Source: Schizochytrium sp. TIO01
Lineage: Eukaryota > Protista > Bigyra: Labyrinthulomycetes
NCBI GenBank assembly: GCA_004764695.1
Contig: SMSO01000007.1
Span: forward strand, 620,001 to 684,000
Reading direction: 5' to 3'
DNA length: 64,000 bases
Each line of letters opens with the position of its first letter. Position 1 is the stretch's first letter. This document shows, one piece after another, positions 1-13,979 of the stretch. The notes under the pieces are model-generated. The model saw only the letters and a program-made list of their open reading frames with translations. It was not told where the DNA came from and did no database searches. Both the position numbers and the translations under genes were made by a program.

Positions 1-1734
1 TAATTACCCAAATCATTTTAGACGTATATTTTGTATATATAGGGGATTTAATTTTAAAAAAAAAAAATAAGAAAATAAAAAGGAAAGGAAAGGGAAGGGA
101 AGTTAAGTTAAGTTACAGTTCAACCCGAAAATAGTCAATATCATAATATTAGAATAGAACAACTGTAGTTTATAATGTCCAAAAGATCATGCATCAAAGT
201 AATATTGCTACATTTTCTTGCACATGTCTCCCCTTATATCATATTCAATAACTGAACTATTTTAACTACGCGTAGGTTTGATCTTTTATTCTAAAAACTG
301 GAATAACGAGTAGAACACAAGATTGGCGAGATGAGATGCATAACAGCATAACACACAGAAATACTCTCTAGTAGCTAAGAGTACGTACAAGCAACGAGAA
401 TACTTAATAAGAACTCTATGAATAGAAAAATGCCCATCAATCCAGCTTTCTTCAACATGTACCTAGATTCATCCCTAGTGCAAGAAATCATTCCAAAAGA
501 CAGAAGGTGCGATACATTCTTATATTATGTAACATCGATGTAACGCAAATTGTTGGCGTTTTAAATGTGCATTAACGCAAACGAAAGTCTCTTTCAATTG
601 GTGATAAAGCTCAACAATTCATTATGATGAGAGGAGGAGCTGACTCTTTAGGTGAGGCAAAGCAGTCTTAGGTTTTTAGCAACTTTAATTCGCTGCCTAT
701 GCAGTTTTTCATGGCGTAGAAATGATTTATTCCCTAACTTCTCAATGCTGTTTTGGGACTTCGAAGGGGTGTTACGACTCAATTATCTCTCTTGTTTGTT
801 TCCGTAATCAACATCTTTGTATTATCAATTTAACAAAACACTGATTGCAGGAGAAAAGAAAAGCGAGCTCGGGCATTTTTTAATCATCATAGAGATAGCT
901 CGGAATTCCAGGCTTGATCCATCGAAGATGCAACCCACAGCCCAAAGAAGAACCTTCATCGATTGCTTTTTTCCAAACTGATGTCCAGATAAGCACGTTC
1001 ATTACATCCAGTCCACGCAAACATCCCATCAGCAAAATTGCCCTTGGCCTTTGAAAAATATATATATTGCATTCTGATAACTTGATTTACTTTACCTGCT
1101 TTAAAATAACAGAGAATGTCTAATTTCTATCTAATTCCAATCAAAAGGTTGCGAACGCTGCAGCATTTCCAATGCTGCACTATTGTTCTGCGGTCCTTTC
1201 AGATGGTGAAAGCTACTCGCCCGTAGCTGAGTGATTAGGTACCCAATGTATTTGCTTGTATCCTATTCTATTCACATTCGAGATTACAGCTTTTATATAC
1301 ATACCAGTGTAATTTTTGGACAGAATGACTTAAGTTCAAAATAATAGAACATCCAAGCCATGGTAGTCGCATCGCCATGACGCCAACTAATTGACAAATC
1401 ATAGACTTTCATGTAATAACAGGTACTACACTGAACAAAAGTAGTTTCCTTAAATTGCAAAAACTAAACGTCAACTCACGCCTACTACAACTCTTTTCCT
1501 TTTTTTGGTACCAACCTTTTTTTAAATTAAGTATTAATAACTATAACCCACTTAGTTCCTTTTAACAGCATCTACTAATGAAGAAAAAAGAAGAAAAACT
1601 TACTGAAGATAGCTAAGCAGGGTAAAATGGTTGTGACAATAAATATGAAGTAAACCTCACCCAATTGTGGTCTGTGGAACCACAGGCTTGCTAGTCTATT
1701 TTTATAATAGCCCTGTTGGAAGAAAGAGTGAGAG

Positions 1735-1810
1735 AAAGGAAGGAAAGGAAGCAAGGAAGGAAAGGAAGCAAGGAAGCAAGGAAGCAAGGAAGCAAGGAAG
1801 CAAGGAAGAA
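1735..1810. repeat. Purine-rich low-complexity tract: GGAA units, then (GCAAGGAA)n
   Basis: Visible directly: aaggaaggaaaggaagcaaggaaggaaaggaagcaaggaagcaaggaagc... Confidence 0.9.
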
Positions 1811-4691
1811 GGCAGGGGTTTTAAGAGAGGGACGTGACGTGACGTTTTGGACGAACTTTGGTACAAATTCCCAAGCATGAGAAACTTGAGCCCAAACTTC
1901 AAGCCGAGAGGGACATCATTTATTGAGTGCTCTCTCCTTTTTCTTTTATTCTTTTCAATCTTAAAATTTGAGGAAATAATCAATACACCACAATAACAAT
2001 TAGATCTGAAGCGAGGCAGCTGCTGTCATGGAGATGAATCCACGTTCTCGCGTTCAATTAAAAGGCAAGCTCGTTATATCAAATATGAGCTTAACTTACA
2101 TAGTCTGTTTTAGTAGCTAAGCTGTTGCTACCTTATGAAACAGTATTCAGACATACGAATAGCTGGTCTTCAACAGAGTAGTCTACCAGTATGTGTAAGG
2201 CTGAAACAGCTAGTAGTGATGCACCTGCTTTGCGATGATAAAGGAACTATGTAGCAGAAATTAGTAGGTGCGTACTTAGTAGCCTAAAATAAAGAACTTC
2301 CTACTACCCCTAAATTGCTATTTATACAAAGAGGTGCGAGAAGCAGAAAGAACTAATAATGGCAAACTACGCCGCCGAGAAGTGCTTTTCAAAAGTTGCA
2401 TCCATATTTTGATCTACTTTGTTTGATTAACTGTAGAACAATACCTAATATCGATTTTAGATGATAAAATTCTAGATCTGAATGTTGATAAAATTGGCCC
2501 TTGCCTTTAAAGCAGGGTGCTCAGGGAAAATGCGTGGCAAGGAATCAATAATAATTACTTTCCATTGCAATAAATTCATTCCACGTTTTGCTTTCTTTAT
2601 TTATTTTACATCTAGGATTATGCAACATAACAAAAGTCTCTGCAAAACTCCAGTCAATAAAAAGAAATTCAAGCAGGTTCTCTTCCCAAACAAAGATGAA
2701 TAAAAAGAGTAATCACTTAGTAATATAGTGTACCCTAATAAACTACTTTTTCAATTTGTGGTCGTGGTGTTTGCCCGCTTCCTCTAGCCATGCGCGATTT
2801 GCAATCTTTAATGCACTCACGGCCATTAGGTACCTACCTCCAAATAAGAAATTATCAATTACGATGCTCCTAGGTCATATTAATTTCATGAAGTTGTCTG
2901 TGAGTGAATATGTTTCTCTTAATTGTGTGCCCCTTGTGGGTGAGACCTTTAAGCCTAACCAACGAGACGGAATTTGTAGTTTTGTGAAGAAAACCATCTA
3001 CGAGTCCGGTCGACTTGTAGACTAAGTTGGCTGTAGTGACAAGGTAGTTAGTTACCTCATGGCTTCTCACAACAAATATTACTATTTTTTTCATACGTTC
3101 AAAATGCGATAGCGACCGAGGGATGTGCGTTAAAGAAATCAGAGCATGCATCCTCAAATCGATTTAGTCAATATACTATTGCCTTGATAGTAGTATAATA
3201 TAATATATATTATATTATATACATGCTGGTACCACATAGTTGAGTTAGTAGCTCCTTTTTTCTTCTTTTTCTTTTTTTTCTCTTCGTTGGCATTTCTAAT
3301 GGTGTGATTACAACAGTTGGTTATTTTTTCTTTTTTGCGTTGTTGGTGGCATCCAATTCATTTATTTAATGCGATTAGGCCCTTAAGTTACCTCTAAATA
3401 ATAAAACATTAAAATAAAACATTAACTAATGGGATTATCTGACTAGGGATAGTACTAGTGACATACTCCAAAGTAAACAAAATTTATTTAAAGTATAAAC
3501 CTTGATAATGAGAGTACACACGAACAATGAGCCTTATATATTATCTTTTGGATTTCTGTAATTTTCTGTCTTTTCTTTTTTGTTTTATTGCCCCTCCACC
3601 CTATAGTACTAAATATTTGGAGGCTAATATCATGCTCAAAGTATTTCTATTTTGAAATAAATGCGAACTTGAAAATTAGAATGATAAAGCACCATTGGAT
3701 ACTCCTATTGAAGTGTTTTCTACTGATTGGTGGTAGTGTGCACACGAGCAGATCTGGCGTGCTGTGGAAACTGAACTGCCTCTCACCACTCAGACACCGG
3801 CTGCTCCTGAGTTTTTGGGCTTTTGCACAAACACCTATTTTTTAATTTCAAAATTGATCTCAAAAAGTAGTTTCCGGTTCCATTTTGCAAAAGCGTTATC
3901 AAAACCTAAAGTTTCGAGAAACTTTCTCGGGTTCAACTCAAAGAAGTTGGGCATTACATTGGTTTTTGAACCAGGCATTGTGCGATGTTTAACAATTATT
4001 TCGGTTGCACGACGCACTTGGACCGAAGAATAAAGTTAAAAGGCTTAAGGGGGGCGAGGATAGAAGGCCCACCTCAAGTTTATGGTTTGTTTCTGTTATT
4101 GTCTGTTTCTTATCATCTTCCTTTGATTTTCTTTTCTTTATTGAAGTTGTACGTACTATCATTTTCAGACCAACATACTTGAGCCCGGTACCTACCACAT
4201 AACTCACAAGCCGTTCACGAAGTTCACGCAAGGCCATCACTCTGTATATATAAATTTATAAACACAATATTTACAATGTGCAAACAAATTAATCAAAAGA
4301 GTATCTAATGGCCGAGATGTGCTCTCCCTCTGCTCCGATGAAAATACCCGAGCAAAGCTAGCTAGCTAGTTATTTGATCTAGGTATCTAAAATTTACAAT
4401 AACCGATATTTGGGTTAGTGGAACAACCCTTTCTCCATTTTGAGGCAATGAAAGTGAGCTTCCAGCATCCAAGTTGAGAAGAGCAAAAGGCAAAGGACGC
4501 AACAAAGGAAGTTTACCTAATTGGAAGGTTGTAGCAGTCAAGCGTTTTAATGTATATGTTTCAAACAACGAAGGTTTCTCTATTTTCTTTTCAAATAACA
4601 AGAAATAAGGTTAGAAACTTCAATCGTTTTATCTCCGAAAGAAAACGTAAAATTGCTTTTTGGTTTTTTCCTTTAAAGTATGTTGAAGATG

Positions 4692-4840
4692 TCCGAGCGC
4701 AGCCTCTTCTTCGTAGCCTTTCATAATTTGGAGTGTCCGAGAAATTAGCTAGTTTTTTTTTCGTCTTCCGAGTGCAGTCTTCTTCATGGCTTTTCATAAT
4801 TTGGAGTGTCCGAGAAGTTAGCTAGTACTTTTTCCGTCTC
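4692..4840. repeat. Two-copy tandem duplication, period ~73-75 bp
   Basis: ttcataatttggagtgtccgagaa(a/g)ttagctagt starts at 4720 and 4793. The flanks also match (tccgagcgcagc / tccgagtgcagt). Confidence 0.9.
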
Positions 4841-7800
4841 AAGTTTCTTTTAGAGGAACAGAATCAATCTTCTGCCTCGCTGTCTCACGAACTTTTGAGG
4901 GATGTTGGCTTTAATAAAATGCCTCACCAAAAGTGTTCGCCTTCTCTCCATTTATAAACCATCAAAGTGAATCTGCTTGATTGACATATTTCAAAGGGTC
5001 TAATGGCCATGGTCTACATGAAACATGCATGATCAACTTAGAATCACTCCGCTCGTTCACATGGTTTTCTTCAAAGCGACACTCGATTCGCATACATACT
5101 TTTCTTCTTTCTTTCTTCAGCTTGAAATAACGACCCCGCGATGGGATTAAGTTGGTACCTGCCTACCTATACTACTTCATGTGGCAAAAGGTTGGCGAGG
5201 AGTCACACCTCAGGTAACTTGAGCTCCCCATAATGAGTAGCTAGTTTGAGTCTTTCCTCGAAAGAAAAGATGTTAACTCAATACATCCATCGGCCCAGGA
5301 GGATAATTAAAGCCCCCCCCCCCCCGCCCCCGAGTAACACTCATACGTAGAAGGAACCTACAGTAGTAGGTAGTATGCATTTAGCACTAGCATTTCAAGG
5401 AGTCAGAGAACTGCAAAACTTCACATTCAGAGGTCGGTACTACCTCATGCAAGTCATATCATGATTCGTGGTCTACACTGTAGATGATTCAAGTAAATCT
5501 GTTTTTGCACTTGGCTCCCACAACCTGTGCTTCAAATAAATCTTTATTTAGTGGGGTTCCAAAACTATTTGCAGATATCTGAGACATACAAGACCAGGGC
5601 CAAGAACGCCAGCATTGCTCAGCACCAGGTTTAGCCAACGAGCTTCTCCTGGCTAGGTACATACTTTCCTATAAATGATTTTGACAAGGTGGTGAAGAAA
5701 CAGAGCGTGCGCCTTGCGCAAACGCCAGGAGGGAAAATAGTTTTTAAAACTTCCTATCTAGCTCCTCTTTCCTTATCAACACTTTGTTTTGAATTATTAT
5801 GAGTTTAACTTTTTTTCTTCTTTGAAAGATAATTTTACATTTTAAATAAATGATAAAATGTATTGTCTTAGAAACCTCAGAACGTTTTTGTAGGCTTGAA
5901 TAAAAGAAATAAATATAGAATACCGGGAACACAGTCTGCACTGTGCTGGCATGATTTCTTGGATGGAGCTGGAGCGAGTGTAAAGAATAGCAATGTGTCG
6001 AGTTTTCCTAGTTGGCTGATATGTACAATAAAGATCTACCCTTCACCGCTAAAGGCTCAAGCATGCGAAAGTGGCTATTATGGACGACACTCAATCCAAC
6101 GAACCGGTCTCAATTTAGTTCCTCACTCCTAGTTCCTTTTCTTTTTTTCTTTTCTTTTTTTAAATTTATTTTTTAAATGACCATTGATTGATTAAAATTT
6201 TGAACATTTAACAAAGTTACTTTTTGATTTTAACTTTTTCAGATTCTATTTGCTCGGACTCTATATTTCTACATGATTAAGACAAGGACACGCATCTTCA
6301 ACAATAAAGAGATAACTTATCTATTTATATCCCATCCTCCAACATATAGCAAGGTGCAAAGCTACTCTTACGAGCTAGATCAACTCAAGGTATACAATTG
6401 TATTGCTCTAGAATTAGCTGGATTAAATCCCGTACCACCGTTCCAACTATGAGCTGTACGAATCTTTTGAATTTAAGTATATGGCAATCTTGCAGACCCA
6501 CTTTCTTTTAACTTTGGGAAAACGTAGGTTGTAGGGAGACGCCCCTGTCATTATTGATTTCTCTCTGAAGTCCAATACAGAGTTGTTATTCTTGACTCCC
6601 CCTAATTGAACTACCTGCCATATAATCCATGTTTATTTCATTTTCACTAAATGTGCCTATCTACCTTCTATGTGCAAGCAAACATTCATTTTCTAACTCA
6701 TGCAATCTGCTTCTCTTTCTTTCTTTTTTGTTGGTCTTTCTTTGATAAAAATTGTTGCCCGATAAGTTTTCTTAGGTTTCTATCCTCAATCTCCGAGTGA
6801 AAAGGTATTCCTTGGAACATCCTAACTCTTTCGAAGTTACGACGAGAAAAGGTCTACTTGGAGTGCTTGGAAGCATTGGTTTGCGACACCAAGAACATCT
6901 GAAGGAGAGAGAGAAGATAGTTCTGCCATTCCATTTCGCTTGAACCCAGGTTTGCTCGCTTTCCTGCGTGCTTCTTGAAGCTGCTTCTTGCGCCGCGGAA
7001 TCAATCATCAAAGCTTGATCTAACCATGGTGTTAAAAGAAGAAGCAGGCAGATCTCGCTGAGCAATTGAAAGAACGATGACGATCGGATCTCGCACTGGC
7101 TGGACGTGTGCATAAATGGTGGGCAGCGCTTGGACCACCGTGATGGTGGCGCAAGTTGAACGATGCGGGACGTCGCAGAAGCCTGCGTAAACGAGGCAAC
7201 AGGAACAGTAGCACTCTCACTCAGAGGCAATGTATTTCAAGATAAACTTTTCCTTTCTTTTCTTTTCTTTTCTTTTCTCTTTTTTTTTTTTGGTTAAAGT
7301 GAGCCTCTGGGGAAAAGCTAAAACACCCACTCAACAAGCTATATAGTCCCTACACTAGTACCAAATTACTTTCGAAGTAATGGACCACACACAACGCAAA
7401 AACGGTTGCCATCACTTTCGTTCGTACTAACTCAACTCATGTGAGTAGTAATTAAAGTTTCTAAACCTGTCTTGCCAATCTTCAGTAGGTGTCTATCTAT
7501 GAATTCATTCACTTTATTTCAGAATGAAATTCTATTCTAGGTAGTACCTACAAGCAAGCCGTGATCAAGCAAACGCCACAGCGCTAGCTTGATGAAAATC
7601 GAGATGCTTGATGAAATTTGAGATTTTATTTTCATTCTTTTTTTATCTTTTTCTTTAACAACCCCATCAAACTTACACGTACTCTATACTTTGATCCATT
7701 CAAAGGAAGTCAGTTCAAACTGATACGCGTATTCTGTCAACTTGTTCTGTCAATCTGAGCTCTTGAGGAGGAGAGAAGAAGTGGTTCCCATACGAGGATA

Positions 7801-10800
7801 AGACCAAGAACAAAAACCATTTGGTTAAGATAAATTGTGTACTTCAGTACCTGCTCGCTCATGACACTTCTATCGTTAGAGGCTCGCTGGGATTGATAGA
7901 ACCTAGCTATATAGCCATCTGGCTAGTCTCTTAATAATTTGGTTCAAAAACGAGAACAGAAGATTTTTAATCAGTTCTCGCATAGGAGACTCTTGCAAAG
8001 GTCCATGCATTGGCGGCACTACTGTTTGTTGGCAATTGCTAGTTGGCCTTTTCCTTCTCTAGCTGGCGATGATGACCTCGCAGCTGCAAAACTGTGGCAG
8101 GTGCTCCTCCAACCCGTTCGCGAGATGCTGGAGTAGGCCCCTCCCTACCTAGCGAGGGACCGTATCGTATGGAACCTCTTCATCATGGAATATCATCAGG
8201 AAAGAAATAACCCATCTCACGATGCGATGCGATGCGATGCTATGCTGGGTACCTACTATGGGAAGTAGATGCCGAACTCGGAATTCTAAAACTCATCTCC
8301 GAGTGGTCCATGCCGACTTCCAATCTTTCAGTAGGCAACGCAGCGACGGAGGCATGCAATCGAGGACTTCGCTGGCTGGCTGGCTGGCTGGCAGCCCAAG
8401 CAGGCGTACTCTCGGAGGACGCTACTCTTGGAGCACGCAAACACGCATTGGGCTCTGCTCTGGCCTGGTCCGGCCTATACCCGATGTCGCCTGTTGGCGC
8501 GATGAAGCTGCGTTTCATAGGTCGCGAATGAGCCCTACAAAAGGGACACAGGCGTACTTCTACATTTGACCACGGAATACCCCTTTTTCTTATTTCACAC
8601 ACATTTGGAAGTAGTCGATACAGAGCCTCTTCTTCCACGCTTGAATGCAGTTGCTCCCTATTAATTAACTATATACCTTTTTACTCTGCGTTTACTGATT
8701 TCAGTCTCCGAAACAAACTCGTATATTTTATAGAACTAACGAGATCAAACTGCGATTATTTCCGAATTATATGTATCTGTATGATGATGTTGTTTGATTT
8801 TAAATTTAAAAATTTGAATTGGCAGTTTTGCATTTATTGTTATATGAACTTTCAAAATTCTTGACGTGTTTTGTTTAGTTGGTTTTTTTGGTCGACATTA
8901 TTACTATGTGCATTACCGTCCGCCGGTGCCAGACCGATTAATCGGGAACGTATGAAGCCATATTGATTTCTTGTCTTCTTTGTGACGATAAAAAATCAGG
9001 TTTCCTGATATTCTTTTTTTTTAAAGCATATTACCACTTGCTTGCACGTGCGTTATTTAGAAAAACACTCTTCAAGATCTCCTTTTTGCTTTTTATATTT
9101 TCCCTAATTCAAATATGTTTTACTCTGCTCAACTTTCTTTTAAACTGCTCCTCTTTCCTTTATCAGGATACCATCGAAGCAATCTACCCGCTTACTATCT
9201 TTCGATTCAAACTTGCCTGCTTGTAGGGTGTGGAGGTGTCTAGCAACCATGGAAGCACAAAGCATGAAAACTCCAAGCTGAGATATCATTAGAATCGTCG
9301 GAAGTATGCGCTTTAGATCTTTTTTATTTTGCTTTTTATCCCATTATTCATTCACTGTATAACAGAATGTATTTTGCTGCGAAAGTAACTCATTTTACAA
9401 TATTTTTTTAATTACCTCCCAAACCACTTTTTTTTTTTCTTTAATGCCGCACACTGAATCGTTTACGAACTTCTATATTTTTTTAATCCTTGAAATTATT
9501 ATATTATTGATAGATGGGAGGATTCTTACGAAAAACAAACGCAGATGGATAGTTTGTTCAATCGCATCATTAGCGAAAAAGCCCGCAAGCCTTTTCGAGA
9601 GCTTTCTATGGGCCCAATCAGGAAGGGATGAATGCAGTGTACAGAGGACTGGGACCCCAGTCAGGAAGCGCATCAATACAGATCGCGTAACTACTGGCCT
9701 ACAAAACTGACATTATAGGATCTTCATCCTTTTAAATTGTCCAAGAGGGTTTTTATTTATTTATTAATCACGATTTCCGAGAAGTAATTTCTTATAAACC
9801 ACCTAGTTCATCTCGAAGTTTCTACAAACGCTTCTTGTCTATTGGGTGAACTTCATTTCGTTTTTTTTTTTAATGGAATCTGTAAAAAGAAAAACAGATG
9901 TTCCTCATCTAAGAAATTCAAGGATTTAAAAAAATACTGGAAATATATCACATTAAATTAAAATAACAAAGGAGGTCCTTTTTAATCAGTTGACCCCCTC
10001 GTTGAATCACTTCAATATTGACTAGCCAGCGTACTGTTTTCTGCTTTTAACGTTGTTGCCTTTTCTAAAACTTTTTAACAACTTCTAACACTTAATTTTC
10101 TTATGACAATTTAACATTAGAAAATATTATAATACTTGAAGGGGAAAAAATTACAATGTTTATGAAGAGGAAGGAAACGTTTCATTGAAAAATACTTTCG
10201 AAAGTACCCAGTTCCAGTACATTAATTTCTATATGTAGGCAAACTTGCCTACTTTCTTTCGCACGTGGCTCCATCTGCGGCCTCCTCTACTACGCTGAAA
10301 ATCTAGTCTTGAAAGGTTGTAGCGGCTGTACACAAGAGTGACAAGAAGTTTAAATGAAGACGATGGAACGATTGGTTCGAATTACTTGAGCACACGTCCA
10401 ACAAAGCACTCCCACCTACCATCCTATTCACGTGAAGCTGAGTACCTAATGGGAATCATTCACAGTAGTCTTCTTATCGTTTTTGAAGCTTCATTAACTT
10501 ATGCCATTTTTTGTTTATGCAACTCACCTATATTGCCGAAGTTATTGTCTGATGACAGCATCATTTATTCCGCACAACCAAGTACAAGGTCCTCTATCGA
10601 GGATTATGCCTTCACCACCACACACAGCGCCCTCAGATTCGATACTCAGGCTCTAATCCTCCCTGTTGCCAGCCTCTCCTTCCTACGCTTTGTTGTTGGT
10701 TTTTATTCTTTCGGAATTTATGTCACTCATATCAACAGAGAAACTTCACTGAAGAAGAACAAGGAGCACAAGAAGAAAGCTTCTGCTGAAGGTGTGGAAT

Positions 10801-12175
10801 GTACTACTAACTCCACAAATATAGATGCTCTGTTGTGGTTCATGCTTTTACAGGGCAATGAAATATATATATATATATGCAAACATTCACAGCTGGAATT
10901 CTTGAATCATTCAACGTCCGACAGTCATAGGGCGTAATTATAAGCGGGCAAAATGCCCTACAAAGGGTAAAAAATTGCTTCATCAATTTTTCTGAGAAGG
11001 ATTAATTTGATGCTCAAAGAAAGAGTGGCCTGTGTTGCGATTACTTTTTAAATACTACGAGAGAAAATAGTCAGACAGGTTCAATAATTAGGTTCAGACG
11101 AAGAACGGAAAATAAGCACAGCTTCTGTCCCTAGTTTTGTTATTATTATTCATGGTTTTACTGCGAGGTTTATTTTATTTCTTTTCAGAACTAGTCGTAC
11201 CGATCTGCTCACTACATAAATATTTCTTTTTTCAGATACTAATGGATGAAAATATGCGAAAACCCGATTTTGTTGTATTTTTTAAGTAAATGCATTTATA
11301 TCTTTTCTTTTCTTACCTTGAAGGCAATTTATACTTTTAAATTAATTTAAGTTTTATTTTAAAATATTAAAAACGTTTTAAATTATATTAGTAGTTTGTA
11401 TTGCTTTGATCGACATCTTTTTTCTTCTCTTTTGCTGCTCTGTCTTTTGAGGCGAGCGTGAATGGCCCTCTTTTTCATTTAATTTAAAATTAAAAAAAAA
11501 AAAAACTACCTAGGTTCTACTCCTTTGCAAATTGCCGCCATTGTTTGAACAGTTTTACTTTGATTTACCTTAGAGTATTTTTTGTCGTAGTTTTACTTCC
11601 GTTGCTGTTTTCTTCGCTTATCTACTAGTATTCTATATTTGGCTATCTGATCTTCAGACAAAACTAATACATACTATTAGTTTTATTATATTCCCTTTTA
11701 TCGTATTTTCTTTGTAAAATCGCTTCCAGAAAGGTATGTCTCATTTTTATACTCAAATGGAAAATGGTATTTTAATGAATTATTCATTCCTTTCGCAAAA
11801 AAGAAGGTATAGATACTATACTAATATATTATCTCCTCTCTCTTTATTTTCTTTTAAAGAAGACGATATTTTTATTGTTAAAAATTAAATACTATTTTTA
11901 TGAAAGCAATATTAAACCAGTAATTTCGCGAGGAAGGTTCAAAGAGAAGCTGAAGGAAAACCATCCACTCACTCGTCCAACATGCACCAAAACAACTCGA
12001 AACTTGTATTGGCGTCACCCCCCGATCTCTGATGAGGTTGTGCGAACCATCAAGTGAAATAGTGGTCGCCAAAACAGCGAACAGGTACTTTTAACAAGAA
12101 GGAAGGACCTTGCTTATTTTACCACCTTGTTTCCTTTCTTTTGCTCTTTGTTAACGTCCCTCAGTATAACACTGC

Positions 12176-12176
<1 letters not shown>

Positions 12177-12230
<54 letters not shown>
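12177..12230. repeat. (TTGA)n microsatellite, ~13 units
   Basis: Perfect tetranucleotide array. Confidence 0.97.
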
Positions 12231-13044
12231 TGTTCCTTCTTTCTATATCTGACTGGCTTTGGATAGAAAGGAGACCAATCCTTTCATAGAAAGGATAGAG
12301 GGAGGTTCTTTGCCCCTTTCAGCATAGTGCCTCCTTTTTTATCAAGAATGTAAAGGCGCCGGAGGACATCCTGGACAAACTCGGTTTCTCTCTCAGTCTT
12401 CGTCATCTTGACCTTCTTCTTTGTCCATTCGATGTGATGCCAATTTGTAATGATCTTCTAACTCCAATACTAAAGAATAATTCCGAAGGTCCCCCATTCT
12501 ATACCTCTCTAGTTAATTGTCTTTGGTCCCTTATTATGTATGTTTTATTTTGTTTCATTTTTCAATAATAAGTTAGAAGAAATTAGCAATAAATTATATA
12601 CCATAGCCTTTCAAAAATCGGGAGTGGGGAACCACGAATATGATGGATAGCATCAATCGAGAAGTTTTTCTTATTTAATTGATAAAAGATCAGCCAACTT
12701 TAAAAAAAAAAAAAAAAAAAAAAAAAACATATATTCCAATTCGAAAAATAAAAATAAAAAGTACTTATCTATTAAAGGTTTACTTGATAGTGTCATCAAT
12801 AACTTGGCTAAGAATAGGTAACTACTAGATGCAGACTAATGCTTTTTCTCACGGTAACTTTTTTGCTGGGTGGCACGAGAAGCATCTACTAGTTCCTTTC
12901 TTATAACATATTTCTCTCTGTTTAATAACTTCCTCACACTTCTTCCTCCTTCAATTTCTTCCTTTTTTTATTTCTCTGATTTCTTTCCTTCTTCATCCTT
13001 TCTCTCTTGTGGCTGTTCGATATTTTTTGTAAACATTCTCTGTC

Positions 13045-13275
13045 GCTGCTTGCTTTTGCTTGCTTTTTCTTGCTTTTTCTTGCTTTTTGCTTGCTTTTTG
13101 CTTGCTTTTGCTCGCTTGCTTATTTACTTACTTACTTGGAGACTTACTTATTTACTTACTTACTTACCTACTACATACTTACTTACTTACTTACTTACTT
13201 ACCTACTTACTTACTTACCTACTCAGAGACTTACTTACTTCCTTACCTACCTACTTACATTTACCTAATTACTTA
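13045..13275. repeat. Compound microsatellite: GCTT/GCTTTTT tract then imperfect (CTTA/CCTA)n
   Basis: Visible directly; it explains the spurious LLTY-repeat ORFs at 12870-13458. Confidence 0.9.
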
Positions 13276-13979
13276 GTTAGACTCAGGACTTTGAACAGAG
13301 CGAGTGTCTCTTGCGCTCGCTCCGCCTCCCGCGTGCAAAAACTTATTGGTCGATCAATCGTCGATCATCCAAGTGGCGTTCGCTCCCCTTGCGCAGGTTG
13401 GAAACACTGGCGCGGGAGACGAGACAAGCTGACGAGATTGGAGGCAGTAGACCAATAGCGAACGGAGGCGAGCAACAGCCAAGCGAGCGGTACGCTGAGC
13501 TGGTTGCGTCGTGTTGAGCTGGGAAAGCTCCTCTCCATCTTGTGGAGCCATAAATATCAATACATACAGACAGTATTTGGAGTGGAGTGGCCGCGTACCA
13601 CACCGCGTCTTGTGAGCTGTCTGCCGTGGCTTGTGGAACCCCAGAACAGGACTCAAACAGAACCGTATAAGAGGGACGAAACAACTGATTCACTGTCTTT
13701 TCTTCTCTTTGGTGGCCTTCTGGTTTTGACGAAAAATAAATTAAAATAACGCGGGACAAGCATATCTACAAATCTTCATCAGCAAGCAATGCGACCAAAG
13801 CTCCTCGTTTGATATTCGTAAGTATTTCAAGATTCAATCTAAGTAAGCACTGCTTAGACAGCTGAAGAAATACAACAGATCAACACAAAGCCCAGGACAG
13901 TCGTTTTCAAGGAAGCAAGAGCATTTCTGCTTCTCAAGAGTGTAGGGCAGCCAGCTTTCTCTTTCTGGGCACAAAGAGA

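Noticed and set aside
860-1060. Minus-strand LHLRWIKPGIP, faintly like an rve integrase motif
   Set aside because: No DDE residues or other collinear motifs were found.
4692-4840. 34-bp repeat with a ~40-bp gap resembling a minimal CRISPR
   Set aside because: Only two copies, the intervening sequence is itself duplicated, and there are no cas genes; this is a plain tandem duplication.
10338-10937. 199-aa GTG-start ORF
   Set aside because: No motif recognised, composition is intergenic-like and it runs through a TA repeat. At most a decayed fragment.
12870-13458. Three overlapping 89-132-aa ORFs rich in LLTY
   Set aside because: They are translations of the GCTT/CTTA microsatellite tract.
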